Shown piece after piece: positions 10,461 to 21,855 of a DNA stretch of 64,000 nucleotides. Under the pieces are notes generated by a model. It made no database searches and was not told where the DNA came from. It saw only the letters and a program-made list of their open reading frames with translations. The translations under genes and the position numbers were made by a program. Position 1 is the stretch's first letter. Each line of letters starts with the position of its first letter. The DNA is from Patescibacteria group bacterium (GTDB lineage: Bacteria > Patescibacteriota > UBA1384 > XYA2-FULL-43-10 > 1-14-0-10-43-13). The stretch lies in contig JBBTQI010000009.1 in the NCBI GenBank assembly GCA_038078835.1, forward strand, positions 3,714 through 67,713, given 5' to 3'.

Positions 10461-10863
10461 ATGGAGGAGCGGGTACAAAAAATTACAACAAAAGGATTGA
10501 TCTCAAAGGAAGGTAAAATATTAATGGTTCGCGACAAGATCGGAAATTGGGAATTACCTGGTGGTTGTATTAAATTTTGGCGAAGAACCTAAAAGCGCTC
10601 TTATTAGGGAATTAAAAGAAGAATTAAATGCCACCAAAATTACTGTTGATAAATTGGTTGACGTACTAAATATTTGCCAAGTCCAGCACGACAAGAGCTC
10701 CTATCAATATATTGTTTTAGTGTTTAATTGCGATCTCGATTTGTCCGAATTAAAACTGAGTGATGAGCACACGGAGTATGACTGGATAAATCCCGCTCAA
10801 TTTGCTGAATTACCTATGAAAAAACCGTACCGTGAATTTTTCGCACAGAATGCGCAGGGTTGA
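10461..10863 (+). pseudogene. NUDIX hydrolase with a +1 frameshift at a T4 run
   Basis: Frame 1 reads 'GNWELPGGCIKFWRRT*'. Frame 2 reads 'FGEEPKSALIRELKEELN...', which is the Nudix box GX5EX7REUXEEXGU split across frames. The shift is at 'tttt' at 10565-10568. Confidence 0.6.
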
Positions 10864-11105
10864 CATTAAGTGTGACTTAAGCTAGGATAAGGGTGAGTGG
10901 TGGATGCGTTTCCCCCCCTTGCGCGCCACCGCTCAAAAAAGATCCGAAATCCGATATTCTGCCGGAGCGGGCGATCGGACTTCGGATTTTTTTGTCCCCC
11001 AAAGACTTGACCCCGTTAGACATATTGTTAAATAACATCATGACCAATTATCAAGCACAGTGCTACATTAATAATTATCCAACTGTGGCGGTAATGTCTA
11101 ACGGG

Positions 11106-11140
11106 GTTGACAAAATGTAAAGGATGCTTTACATTTCTCT
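11106..11140 (+). promoter_or_regulatory. groES promoter with an overlapping 10-bp perfect inverted repeat (operator-like; not a CIRCE consensus)
   Basis: TTGACA, a 17-bp spacer, then 'tacatt'. The palindrome 'aaatgtaaag-gatg-ctttacattt' overlaps the spacer and -10. Confidence 0.45.
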
Positions 11141-11172
11141 TTAGATTAGTAGTAATTAGAGTGGAGGTTGCT

Positions 11173-11454
11173 ATGTTCCAACCACTGGGAGATCGAGTTC
11201 TGGTTAAGCCGCTGCCCGCCGAAACAAAATCTAAGGGCGGCATTTATATTCCCGACACGGCCAAAGAAGCGCCGGCCGAGGGTGAAGTTGTTGCTTTGGG
11301 CAACGGTAAACTAAGGGAGGGTAAAACGCATACCTTTTCCGTTAAGAAGGGGGACAAGGTGCTCTATGCCAAATACGCCGGTGACGAGATCAAAATCAAC
11401 GGCGAAGAGTACAAGGTTGTAAAGGAAGAAGAAATTTTAGGAATACTAGGTTAA
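11173..11454 (+). CDS. groES: Co-chaperonin GroES
   Basis: 'MFQPLGDRVLVKPLPAETKSKGGIYIPDTAKE...' with RBS GGAGG upstream. Confidence 0.92.
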   Translation: MFQPLGDRVLVKPLPAETKSKGGIYIPDTAKEAPAEGEVVALGNGKLREGKTHTFSVKKGDKVLYAKYAGDEIKINGEEYKVVKEEEILGILG

Positions 11455-11491
11455 TAGTGTGAGAGTGTGAAAGTTCTAAGTACTAAGTTGA

Positions 11492-13231
<1,740 letters not shown>

Positions 13232-13234
13232 TTT

Positions 13235-13258
13235 AAAAAGGCCCTTTCGGGCCTTTTT
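13235..13258 (+). terminator. Rho-independent terminator after groEL
   Basis: 'aaaaaggccctttcgggccttttt' forms a hairpin followed by a T-run. Confidence 0.8.
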
Positions 13259-13381
13259 AAATTACCTTGAACGGATATGTGCATCGTTAATCGGTTACGA
13301 AACCCGTATCGTTTAACGGTTACGTTAGACGTTTGACGCAACCGAAACGGGCATCGTTACCGAAAAACGTTACCGTTTAAA

Positions 13382-13918
13382 TCAAGCGGCCTCTGCTTCC
13401 AGGGCGATATCGGCGGCGAGAGAGGCGAACTCGAAATCATCCGAAATAATAATTTTGCGTCCCTCAAATTTGGTAATGACCGAAACAGGAATAATGCGCT
13501 CGTAAAAAAGAGTTTGAATATATAATTTAGTAATAGTGAGATCGGTTGAAGAGATGAGATAATCAAAAACCCAACCAATCCTCTTACCCGACCGGGTGAT
13601 GACCTTCTGATGCAGGCCGTGATAACCCTGATGAATCGCCTCGCTCAGGCGAACAACATCACCAAGCGACACAAGCGAACCGGCGTTGTTTATCACCACA
13701 CCCTCCGGGTTCACCTCCAGAATGTCGGAGGCGACGACGACCCTTGGTCTGTCGATTAATTTATTTGTTTTAACCAAGAGACCGGAGACCGAGAGATCGC
13801 TTTTCTTGATCACTACGTCAAAAACGGTTCCGAGTTTGGCCTGATTTCGGATTTCCAAAAGAGGTGTCCCCATTATTTTAGAATAAGGAATGAGCATATC
13901 TTTTATACAGTATAGCAC
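13382..13918 (-). CDS. PRC-barrel domain protein (two PRC-like repeats)
   Basis: 178 aa. Two ~80-aa segments share a glycine-rich PRC-barrel-like pattern. Confidence 0.45.
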   Translation of the reverse strand: MLYCIKDMLIPYSKIMGTPLLEIRNQAKLGTVFDVVIKKSDLSVSGLLVKTNKLIDRPRVVVASDILEVNPEGVVINNAGSLVSLGDVVRLSEAIHQGYHGLHQKVITRSGKRIGWVFDYLISSTDLTITKLYIQTLFYERIIPVSVITKFEGRKIIISDDFEFASLAADIALEAEAA

Positions 13919-14042
13919 ACTCCCCGTGCTTGCCCGTCAATGCAATCAAACCGGGTTTCCTCATTTGACAAAAAGCGGCCTCGGCTTTTAAAATAAAAGA
14001 AGGATTAGTTAATAGGCTCTATGAGCATGGAAGGAGAGGATC

Positions 14043-14342
14043 ATGGGTGAGACAATGGCGCCCGAAGTTCCCGCCGAAAAGCTGGATAAGACTGGCGAGA
14101 TGGTTGACGCGGCTATGACTGCACCGGGAGCACCAGACTTGACGGTACCAAAAACACCGGCCGAATCCAAAAACGCACTCAATGAGGAGGCGGTTCTGGC
14201 GGCGGCTCAAAAAAAGGTAGAAGAAGCCGTGGCGCCAGATGTTGAGGCTACTCCGGCTCCGGCCACATCGACTGAGGAGGAGAAGCCGACAGAACCGGCA
14301 AAGAAGCCGTCTTGGTTGGGGCGATTGTTTGGCGCCAAGTAG
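14043..14342 (+). CDS. Small low-complexity (Ala/Pro/Glu-rich) hypothetical protein
   Basis: RBS 'ggaaggagagg'. A bidirectional terminator follows at 14363-14396. Confidence 0.3.
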   Translation: MGETMAPEVPAEKLDKTGEMVDAAMTAPGAPDLTVPKTPAESKNALNEEAVLAAAQKKVEEAVAPDVEATPAPATSTEEEKPTEPAKKPSWLGRLFGAK

Positions 14343-14362
14343 AGCTCAACTGAACAGTGAAA

Positions 14363-14396
14363 CAAAAAATTGCCTTCCTGGCAATTTTTTGTTTTA
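14363..14396. terminator. Bidirectional rho-independent terminator between convergent genes
   Basis: 'aaaaaattgccttcctggcaattttttg' forms a hairpin flanked by A and T runs. Confidence 0.7.
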
Positions 14397-14960
14397 GTTG
14401 GCACGTTCAAGGTAGGAGCCGTCGCGGGTGTCAATCAGGATTCGGTCGCCCTCTTTGATGAAAAGGGGCGTGTTCAAGTCGGCACCGGTCTCGATTGTCA
14501 CTTTCTTGGTGACGGTGCCGGCGGAGTTGCCTTTGACGCCCGGCGGAGCGGAGATAACAGTGAAAGCCATCTTAATCGGCAATTCCAGATTGATCGGCTC
14601 GTTATTAAAGTAGAGAGCATCAACGGGAGCGCTCTCGACAAGATATTTCTTGCTTTCGCCGACCTTAGTTAACGCGATCTCAAATTGCTCGTAACTTTCT
14701 TCATCCATAAAGTAGGCGTTTTGTTCGTCGGCATAAAGAAAAGTCGCTCGTTTTTTAGTTAACACGGCCTCCGGTACTCGATCGGCACCCTGAAAGGTTT
14801 TGTCGATCACGGTGCCGGTGCGGAGATTCTTGAGCCGGGTTTTAACTACGGCGCCGCCTCGCCCCATCTTGGAGTGAGTGTACGACAAAACAACCCAGGG
14901 ATTATTTTCAAGGGTAATTTTAGTACCGGTTTTGAGATCGGTGATGGAAAGCACGACCAC
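14394..14960 (-). CDS. efp: Elongation factor P
   Basis: '...KTGTKITLENNPWVVLSYTHSKMGRGGAVVKTRLKNLRTGT...' matches the EF-P KOW/OB domains. Confidence 0.92.
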   Translation of the reverse strand: MVVLSITDLKTGTKITLENNPWVVLSYTHSKMGRGGAVVKTRLKNLRTGTVIDKTFQGADRVPEAVLTKKRATFLYADEQNAYFMDEESYEQFEIALTKVGESKKYLVESAPVDALYFNNEPINLELPIKMAFTVISAPPGVKGNSAGTVTKKVTIETGADLNTPLFIKEGDRILIDTRDGSYLERAN

Positions 14961-15060
14961 TGTCTCCTACAAAATTACAAATTCAACGAAACTACAAATC
15001 CTACAAATGATTTGTAATATTCGTAATTTCGATAGATTTGTAAATTTGCAGGAGATTGAA

Positions 15061-15303
15061 TTACTCTGTAACAAATGGTAGTAGTGCCAAGTGGCGGGCA
15101 TGTTTGATCGCCAAAGTAGTCTGGCGTTGGTGCCGGGCACAGTTGCCGGTACGAGCGGCGGACTCGATCTGATTCCAGCGGTTAAGATAGCGTTGAAGCA
15201 GGGCGACATTCTTGTAATCCACCTCTTGTACCTTCGCTTTGCAGATCATACACTTTTTTGGTCCCCGAACAATTTCCCGTGGTTCTTTTTTGTAATAAGG
15301 CAT
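15061..15303 (-). CDS. rpsR: 30S ribosomal protein S18
   Basis: 'MPYYKKEPREIVRGPKKCMICKAK...RYLNRW...TGNCARHQRQ...' with RBS AAGGAG upstream of the internal Met. Confidence 0.85.
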   Translation of the reverse strand: MPYYKKEPREIVRGPKKCMICKAKVQEVDYKNVALLQRYLNRWNQIESAARTGNCARHQRQTTLAIKHARHLALLPFVTE

Positions 15304-15452
15304 TTGACTCCTTTTGGTCGCAATAATCAAGAAACAAGAAATAATAACCAAACCACCATTTTGGGCGGGACTCCATTCAGGGTAGTAATCATTTCCCTAT
15401 CTTTTATACCTTGTCTCTTGTATCTTGATTATTCTTTTTAATCACGTGGTGA

Positions 15453-15923
15453 TTAAAAAGGAATTTCATCTATATCAATCTCATCCTCACTCTTTTTGTT
15501 GCCGTCGTGGGTTTTCTCGTCAGCTTTGACTTCGCCATGATCGGCGATCTCTTCGATAACGCCCGGTCCGGCCGGCGCATAGTTGCCGCCGCGGCTCGAG
15601 AGGACGATGATAGTGTCGGCAACAATCTCTGTCTTATAACGCTTAACACCGTCTTGACCCTCCCAGTTTCGGGTTTGGAGCCGTCCCTCGACGTAGACGG
15701 GTCCGCCCTTTTTGAGCATAGGGGTGAGGGTCTCGGCTTGTTTGCCCCAGACAACCACGTCGTGGTATTGGGTATCCTCGCCGTCGGGTGCGCCATCGCG
15801 CCCCTTCCATTTGCGGTTAGTGGCAACGGCGAATGAGGCTACGGCCTGGCCGTTGGGGGTAAAGCGCATCTCGGCATCGCGGGTTAAGTTGCCCAGTATC
15901 TGGGCTCGATTTAGATTCAACAT
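15453..15923 (-). CDS. ssb: Single-stranded DNA-binding protein
   Basis: 'MLNLNRAQILGNLTRDAEMRF...' is an OB fold. The acidic C-terminal tail ends 'DIDEIPF'. RBS AAGGAG. Confidence 0.88.
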   Translation of the reverse strand: MLNLNRAQILGNLTRDAEMRFTPNGQAVASFAVATNRKWKGRDGAPDGEDTQYHDVVVWGKQAETLTPMLKKGGPVYVEGRLQTRNWEGQDGVKRYKTEIVADTIIVLSSRGGNYAPAGPGVIEEIADHGEVKADEKTHDGNKKSEDEIDIDEIPF

Positions 15924-16061
15924 CAGACTCCTTTGGAGCAAGCTCCAAGTTACAAGATACAGGAACCAAACAATATCTAAATCTCAACTCTCAAGTATCC
16001 CAATTTGAGTTTTGGTTATTGTGATTTGTTTGGGATTTGTATCTTGGTGTTTGGTTATTAC

Positions 16062-16748
16062 TTAAAGATCCTCTTTAAGCAGATTATCCAACTCTTCATC
16101 CAACTTGGCAAGACGGTCGGATTCACTCATCGCAACTTTCTTGCGGCGGACTTTGGGTTTAGTCTCGGTTGAACTCTCCGTTTTCTTGAGACCAGCCGAT
16201 TTTGACTCAACTTTTTCTGCCGCGGGTTCTGCCTCTGTCGGGGCTTCTGTCTCCAGTGCCGGCCTAGCTTTCTTTACTTCGGTCTCGGGTTTGGCCAATT
16301 CAGGAGCTTTCTCCTCCTCTTCCTTCTCGCGGATCGCTTGAAAATCTCGGCTTTCCTCTGTCTCGCCCTCGACTACTTCGAAGCTTCTCTTGCCGCCAAT
16401 AGCCTTCTCGATTTCTGCTGTATCGGCGATCTCTGCGGCGGTTAAGGTGATTTTCTCGTTGCCCGTCTCCCGAACGATCAAAAGGTGGCGGATAATCTCC
16501 GGGGCAAGTTTGATCTGATTTTCAAGCTCCCGGATATTTTCACCCGGCAATTCAAAGTTTAGAGTAATATAGGTGGCGTACTCCTGCTTTTTGATCGGAT
16601 AAGCCAATTTGCGGCGCTTCCAAATCTCCTCTTTGGCGATCTTGCCCTCAAGTTCGGCAATAAAGCCGCCGATCTTGCCGGTGACTTTGTTAATATCAGC
16701 ATCAGGGACCTTATCGGAGATAAGGTACGTCATTTCGTACTGTCGCAT
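16062..16748 (-). CDS. rpsF: 30S ribosomal protein S6 with a long acidic/low-complexity C-terminal extension
   Basis: The N-terminal ~95 aa are S6-like. It sits in the classic rpsF-ssb-rpsR order. The C-terminal ~130 aa are E/K/A/T-rich. Confidence 0.8.
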   Translation of the reverse strand: MRQYEMTYLISDKVPDADINKVTGKIGGFIAELEGKIAKEEIWKRRKLAYPIKKQEYATYITLNFELPGENIRELENQIKLAPEIIRHLLIVRETGNEKITLTAAEIADTAEIEKAIGGKRSFEVVEGETEESRDFQAIREKEEEEKAPELAKPETEVKKARPALETEAPTEAEPAAEKVESKSAGLKKTESSTETKPKVRRKKVAMSESDRLAKLDEELDNLLKEDL

Positions 16749-16900
16749 CTCAAATATCCTTTCCGGTGCCGGTTGGTCTCAAGAGTGAGCCGGCCCCCCG
16801 TTCGCCAACTGGCGGATCAGGGGAAAGTTCTAATTTTACCTCGTTATCTTAACACAAGAGCAAGGAGATTGCAATAATAGTGACGATACTGAGGACACCC

Positions 16901-18064
16901 TTAGTGCTTAATGTTAAAACGGAACATTGCCACGTCGCCGTCCTGCATCACATACTCTTTGCCCTCGGTTCGGACTAAGCCGTGAGTTTTGGCCCCGCCC
17001 CATCCCTCTTGAGCATAGAGATCTTGCCAGGGAATGATTTCGGCGGCGATAAAACCCTTCTCGAAATCGGTGTGGATCACCCCGGCCGCCGCCGCCGCTT
17101 TGGCGCCTTTCTTAACTGTCCACGCTCGCGTCTCTTTCTCGCCGGAGGTAAAGAACGTCTGAAGTCCTAATAGTTCATACGCTTTCTTAATTAGTATGTT
17201 AAGCCCGGTTTCCTTCATATCTAGAGCCTCAAGGTACTCTTTCTTCTCTACCTCTCCTAGATCATTTAATTCAGACTCAATCCTGGCAGAAATCTTAATA
17301 AACTCCTCACCCCCACCCTCTCCTCTTGGAGGAGAGGAGGTATTAGAATTCCCTTGTCCTTGTAAAGAGAGAGCCCCTCCGCCTTTCCCTCGCCCCTGTG
17401 GGGAGAGGGTTAGGGTGAGGGGTAGTTGTTTTTCTGAAACATTAGCAATATAGAGAACTGGCTTCATAGTGAGAAGCGAGAGCCCCCCAACAACATCCTT
17501 TTCCTGATTATCTAGTTTGGCCTCCCGGGCGTTGCGGCCGCTATTTAGGATATCCTTAATCTTTTGGAGGGCGGAGTGGGCGACCTCCGACTCTTTGCTG
17601 TGGGCTTTTAGCTCTTTTTCGGCCGCATAAAGACGTTTTTCGACTGTCGAAAGGTCGGCTAACTGCAGTTCGGTTTCAATGGTTTTGATATCATCAAGCG
17701 GATCAATTTTATTTTCAGTGTGGACGATGTTAGGATCATCAAAAAACCTCACCACCATAGCAATGGCATCACACTCTCTGATGTGCGCCAAAAACTGGTT
17801 GCCCAACCCCTCGCCTTTGGAGGCACCGCGAACCAGGCCGGCAATATCGACAAATTCAATAGTGGTCGGCACAATCTTGGCCGACTTGGAGACCTCGGCC
17901 AAGGGTTTTAGCCGCTCGTCCGGTACAAGGACCACGCCAACATTAGGATCAATAGTGCAAAAGGGATAATTAGCCGCCTCCGCCTTGGCACCCTTAATTA
18001 GAGCATTAAATAAAGTGCTCTTTCCGACATTTGGCATGCCGACAATTCCGATTTGAAGTGACAT
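16901..18064 (-). CDS. ychF: Ribosome-binding ATPase YchF, with a ~50-aa in-frame insertion encoded by a GC-rich palindromic element
   Basis: G1 'GIVGMPNVGKSTLFNAL', a TGS domain, and 'HTDFEKGFI'. The inserted segment is 'LTLTLSPQGRGKGGGALSLQGQGNSNTSSPPRGEGGG', which corresponds to the long inverted repeat at ~17305-17425. Confidence 0.9.
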   Translation of the reverse strand: MSLQIGIVGMPNVGKSTLFNALIKGAKAEAANYPFCTIDPNVGVVLVPDERLKPLAEVSKSAKIVPTTIEFVDIAGLVRGASKGEGLGNQFLAHIRECDAIAMVVRFFDDPNIVHTENKIDPLDDIKTIETELQLADLSTVEKRLYAAEKELKAHSKESEVAHSALQKIKDILNSGRNAREAKLDNQEKDVVGGLSLLTMKPVLYIANVSEKQLPLTLTLSPQGRGKGGGALSLQGQGNSNTSSPPRGEGGGEEFIKISARIESELNDLGEVEKKEYLEALDMKETGLNILIKKAYELLGLQTFFTSGEKETRAWTVKKGAKAAAAAGVIHTDFEKGFIAAEIIPWQDLYAQEGWGGAKTHGLVRTEGKEYVMQDGDVAMFRFNIKH

Positions 18065-18255
18065 AAAATTCCTGAATTATGAATTAAGAATCATGAATTA
18101 TGCGCCAAACCATAATACCTAGTTCCTACTTCCTAATTCCAATGAATTTTACCAGATTCACCCTCATTTGTCGAACGGGATGGAATTTCAGATTTAATAG
18201 TTATGGTGATGGCAAATTGATTCTTTCTTATTTTGCCCGTATTATTAATCTAATA

Positions 18256-19716
18256 ATGGATGAAGAGCAGTTAATAAAATTACTTATTGAGTTATCGGAA
18301 TTGCCCGCTGAAACAGAATGGGTTGAATTTAAGGTTAATCGTTTTAATCCTGAAGAAGTTGGAAGATTGATATCAGCTCTTTCTAATAGTGCCAATCTAT
18401 GTGGTAAGCAATTTGGTTACCTGATTTTTGGTGTTAAAGACGACAACCATGAGATTGTTGGAACAAGTATTAAACCTAAGATAATAAAGGAGGGAAATGA
18501 GGAAATTGAAAATTGGATAATGAGGGGACTTCGTCCTCATCTTGATTTCAAGATTTATGAATTCAATTGTGATAAAAACACAAGGGTCGTTTTATTTGAA
18601 GTGCCTTCGGCTACAGACTTGCCTGTTTCTTTTATGGATAAGGCATACATAAGAATTGGGAGCTATACGAAGGAATTGTCGGATTATCCGGATAAGGAGA
18701 GACAGATATAGAACAATCCCTCTCATAAAAGCTTTGAAACAGAACCAGCTCAAATTAACGTATCAGACGATAAAGTTTTAGAGCTACTTGATTATCCTGG
18801 TTATTTTGATTTAGTTGCTCAACCTCTTCCGTCGGATAAAGCTCAAATAATTCAAAAAATGGGAGAGGACGGCCTTATCACTAGAAGAAGAGGAAGTTTC
18901 GATATAACGAATCTGGGCGCTATCCTTTTTGCAAAGGATATCGGACTTTTTGAAACAATCAGAAGAAATGCCCCACGAGTAATAATTTATGATGGAAGTA
19001 GCCGGATAAAAACAAAATTTGAGAAGGAAGGGACAAAGGGTTATGCAACAGGATACAGAGGTCTAGTCAGTTATATTAATAGTCAATTGCCAATGAATGA
19101 GGAAATAAAGCAGGCATTAAGAACTGACAATAGGATGTATCCCGAAATTGCAATAAGGGAATTGATAGCTAACGCCCTTATACATCAAGATTTCTCCATT
19201 AGGGGTTCGGGTCCAATGGTCGAGATATTTAATGATAGGATTGAAATAAGTAATCCGGGCAAACCTCTAATTAGTGTTGATAGGTTTATCGACCACTCGC
19301 CCCAATCGAGGAATGAATGTATTGCTGCTCTGATGCGCCGGATCAAAATATGTGAAGAGAGAGGGAGTGGAATTGATAAGGTTATTTTTTGGATAGAAGT
19401 TTTTCAATTACCAGCCCCGATGTTTGAGGTTTCAGAAAATTCGACTAGAGTGACGCTCTTTGCTTATAAGAGTTTAAGGGAGATGGAAAAAACAGACAAA
19501 ATTAGAGCATGTTATCAGCACTGTTGCTTGAAATATGTTTCGAAGGAGAAAACGACGAACACTTCCCTTCGGAACAGATTCAAGATTAAAAATGAAAACT
19601 ACTCGATCGCATCAAGAATTATTGGCGACACGATCGACGCTAAATTAATTAAACTATATGACCCCGAAAAAAGTGGATCGAGAAAGCACTCCAAATACGT
19701 TCCCATTTGGGCTTGA
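18256..19716 (+). pseudogene. AlbA_2 (Schlafen-like) + HATPase_c_4 putative transcriptional regulator, split by an in-frame TAG
   Basis: The N-terminal part has 'EWVEFK...ALSNSANLCGKQFGYLIFGV' (AlbA_2/PF04326-like). The C-terminal part has 'IRELIANALIHQDFS...IEISNPG...RNECIAALMRRIKICEERGSGIDKV' (HATPase_c_4-like). The two ORFs are in the same frame, separated only by TAG at 18709-18711. Confidence 0.55.
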
Positions 19717-20062
19717 TAATTTTATGTGACTCGAATAGTTTTAATGTTATGAAATTTATCAATTATTAAGTTCAGAGAATAACAAATTTATGTGATAACT
19801 AAGATTTTAGGAGGTTTATGCACCTTGTCGTTTTTAAAATGGAAACATTATTGGATTTTTTGTTTACGTTAGTCAAACGAAAGTAAACATAAGATTAAAA
19901 GTTATTTTGGGAAATTACTTTAGCAAAGTACTTTGCTAATCGAGTTCACATCATTAGATTTACCCCCATTTGTCGAACGATTGGTATTGCATTTAAAGAA
20001 AATTAAAATCCCCGCCGGTGAGGACGGGGGTGGGTGGGACTGTTGCTCTACAGCCTCTGCCG

Positions 20063-20473
20063 TCAGGAAATGATGACCTGGATCTGCTTGAGCCAGGTCG
20101 AGCATTGCTCGGCCGCCTCGGTCGGAGCGGTGGTGTCGAGCTTCTTCTTGCGAAACAGGCTTCGACGCTTCTGGGCATCATTTCGCAGGGCGCAGATGGC
20201 CCTGACGAGTGCTTCTCTTGCCAGGCCAAAAGCTTGCCGTCTTGTCTGATCGGAGACATCACTCTGGGAAATGGCTACTGCCAGATCGCGGCAGACCTGG
20301 CAACCCACAACCAGGCGTCTGATCCAGTCAGGCGTCATCACCGATGCGTCGCCATCCTCATCGTGTCCCGAATTAAGGGTGGCGTTTTCAGCTTCGCGAT
20401 TCACCCCATCACTCAGCAGGACTAAGAGCGCTTGCGCGTTCTCCCGTTTGTACACCAGATTTAACCTGACCAT
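20063..20473 (-). CDS. Hypothetical protein (GC-rich island)
   Basis: 136 aa with no recognisable motif. GC content differs from the flanks. Confidence 0.35.
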   Translation of the reverse strand: MVRLNLVYKRENAQALLVLLSDGVNREAENATLNSGHDEDGDASVMTPDWIRRLVVGCQVCRDLAVAISQSDVSDQTRRQAFGLAREALVRAICALRNDAQKRRSLFRKKKLDTTAPTEAAEQCSTWLKQIQVIIS

Positions 20474-20611
20474 CGGCCTCTCTCCTTTCGCCGGTCGTAT
20501 CTAGATATACGCTTTAATGATAACTCAGTCAATGTTATTTGTTTTGGTTGACAAAAGAGCGCAAGGAGTTTAAAAATAAGTTGGTCCTACCGGGTGAAGA
20601 TTGGAGGAGAA

Positions 20612-21145
20612 ATGAGATACTATTTGAGCGCGCTTCTGCCGGAGCCGCTGGCGCAAAAGCTGGCCGTGATCAAACGCCGCTGGCTTGGGGAGATCGCCTC
20701 GCCGCCACACCTGACGCTCCTGCCGCCGCGATCGTTGGCGCCAGAGCGAAGTGAGAGCGAGCTGGTCGGGATCTTAAGTAAGGATCTCTCGGCGGTAGCG
20801 GCGTTTCCGGTTGTTATGACCCGACTCGGAAGTTTCCGCCGGATGTCTAACATCCACATCCGAGTCGAACGCACACCGGCGTTGGTGTCTTGCCATCAAA
20901 CGATCGCTCTGGCGGTTCAGGGAATACTGTTGCCGGCTGAGGGCGACTTTGGCCACCTGCCCAGTCCCCACATCTCGTTGGCCCGGGGCAAGGACGCCTG
21001 GCGGGCGCTCCGAGGCGAGGACTTTGCCGACCGCTTCCTCTGCCAAACCGTTCATCTCTGGGGCAAGGAGAACACCGGCGAACGCTGGCGGCAGATCGGC
21101 GTCTTCCATCTGCACCGGAACAAGGATGGTCAATCTCCAGCTTAA
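20612..21145 (+). CDS. 2H phosphoesterase superfamily protein (LigT/2'-5' RNA ligase-like)
   Basis: Two HxT/SxL motifs, 'PPHLTLLPP' and 'SPHISLARG'. RBS GGAGGA. Confidence 0.55.
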   Translation: MRYYLSALLPEPLAQKLAVIKRRWLGEIASPPHLTLLPPRSLAPERSESELVGILSKDLSAVAAFPVVMTRLGSFRRMSNIHIRVERTPALVSCHQTIALAVQGILLPAEGDFGHLPSPHISLARGKDAWRALRGEDFADRFLCQTVHLWGKENTGERWRQIGVFHLHRNKDGQSPA

Positions 21146-21271
21146 CCCCACCAAGATTTTCCTATTCCGCCTCTTGGGTGGAATAAGGAGAGTGGGTGTT
21201 GATTGTTTGCAATTGACATCTCTGGTGTGAATATGTTAAGTTCGAGCGGTCAGCGGAAAGGAGATAGGGAC

Positions 21272-21634
21272 ATGCAACAGGGTGAAACGAAAGATCTTGT
21301 TCGCGGAAACAGCGAGCGGGTTGTCACTATCCACTGGGATCCAGAGGACTTGGTGCTTCTGCCTTGCCATACCAGTTACGATCCGGCGCTGGAGAAACAA
21401 GTTCGCGTTCCGCGACGGGTTGAGTGGCTCGATGGCGAGGAGTGGAAGCCCTATCCGGTTGTTGCTTGGCACGATGGCGTCTTCTCTGATCTTCAGCTTC
21501 AGACAGTCGCCATCATCGTGAAGACCAACGAGTCGGGTGTCCATATTATGGCCTCGGCGGACGGGGTTCCGGATGGCGTCTTGATGTTGGTAGCCGAGCA
21601 GGCTGGCATCTACGTCGAGACATACGACGGCTGA
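21272..21634 (+). CDS. Hypothetical protein
   Basis: RBS 'ggaaaggag'. Followed by terminator hairpins at 21695-21722 and 21742-21780. Confidence 0.35.
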   Translation: MQQGETKDLVRGNSERVVTIHWDPEDLVLLPCHTSYDPALEKQVRVPRRVEWLDGEEWKPYPVVAWHDGVFSDLQLQTVAIIVKTNESGVHIMASADGVPDGVLMLVAEQAGIYVETYDG

Positions 21635-21792
21635 AACTCATCAGGAGCGGCGGGAGTGTCGCCGTCCCTGGCTGGAGCAGGTTCCCAAGCCGTAGCAATG
21701 CTGCGGCTTTTTATGTTTTTGAATGCTTACTAAAAAATACTCACTTGCTTCCGATCGAACATAAGCAAGTATTTTTTTAAGAGCAAAGAAAA

Positions 21793-21822
21793 AGCGGGAC
21801 GTCCCACAGGGGTCGTCCCGCT
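21793..21822 (-). terminator. Rho-independent terminator for the minus-strand gene 21856..22556
   Basis: 9-bp stem 'agcgggacg...cgtcccgct', followed on the minus strand by a T-run. Confidence 0.6.
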
Positions 21823-21855
21823 CACTGCTCGCTCCAAGTAATCGTGGCCGCCGCA

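Noticed and set aside
10893-11120. 75-aa ORF upstream of groES
   Set aside because: It overlaps the groES promoter/operator. It has no RBS or recognisable domain and is Pro/Cys-biased junk-like.
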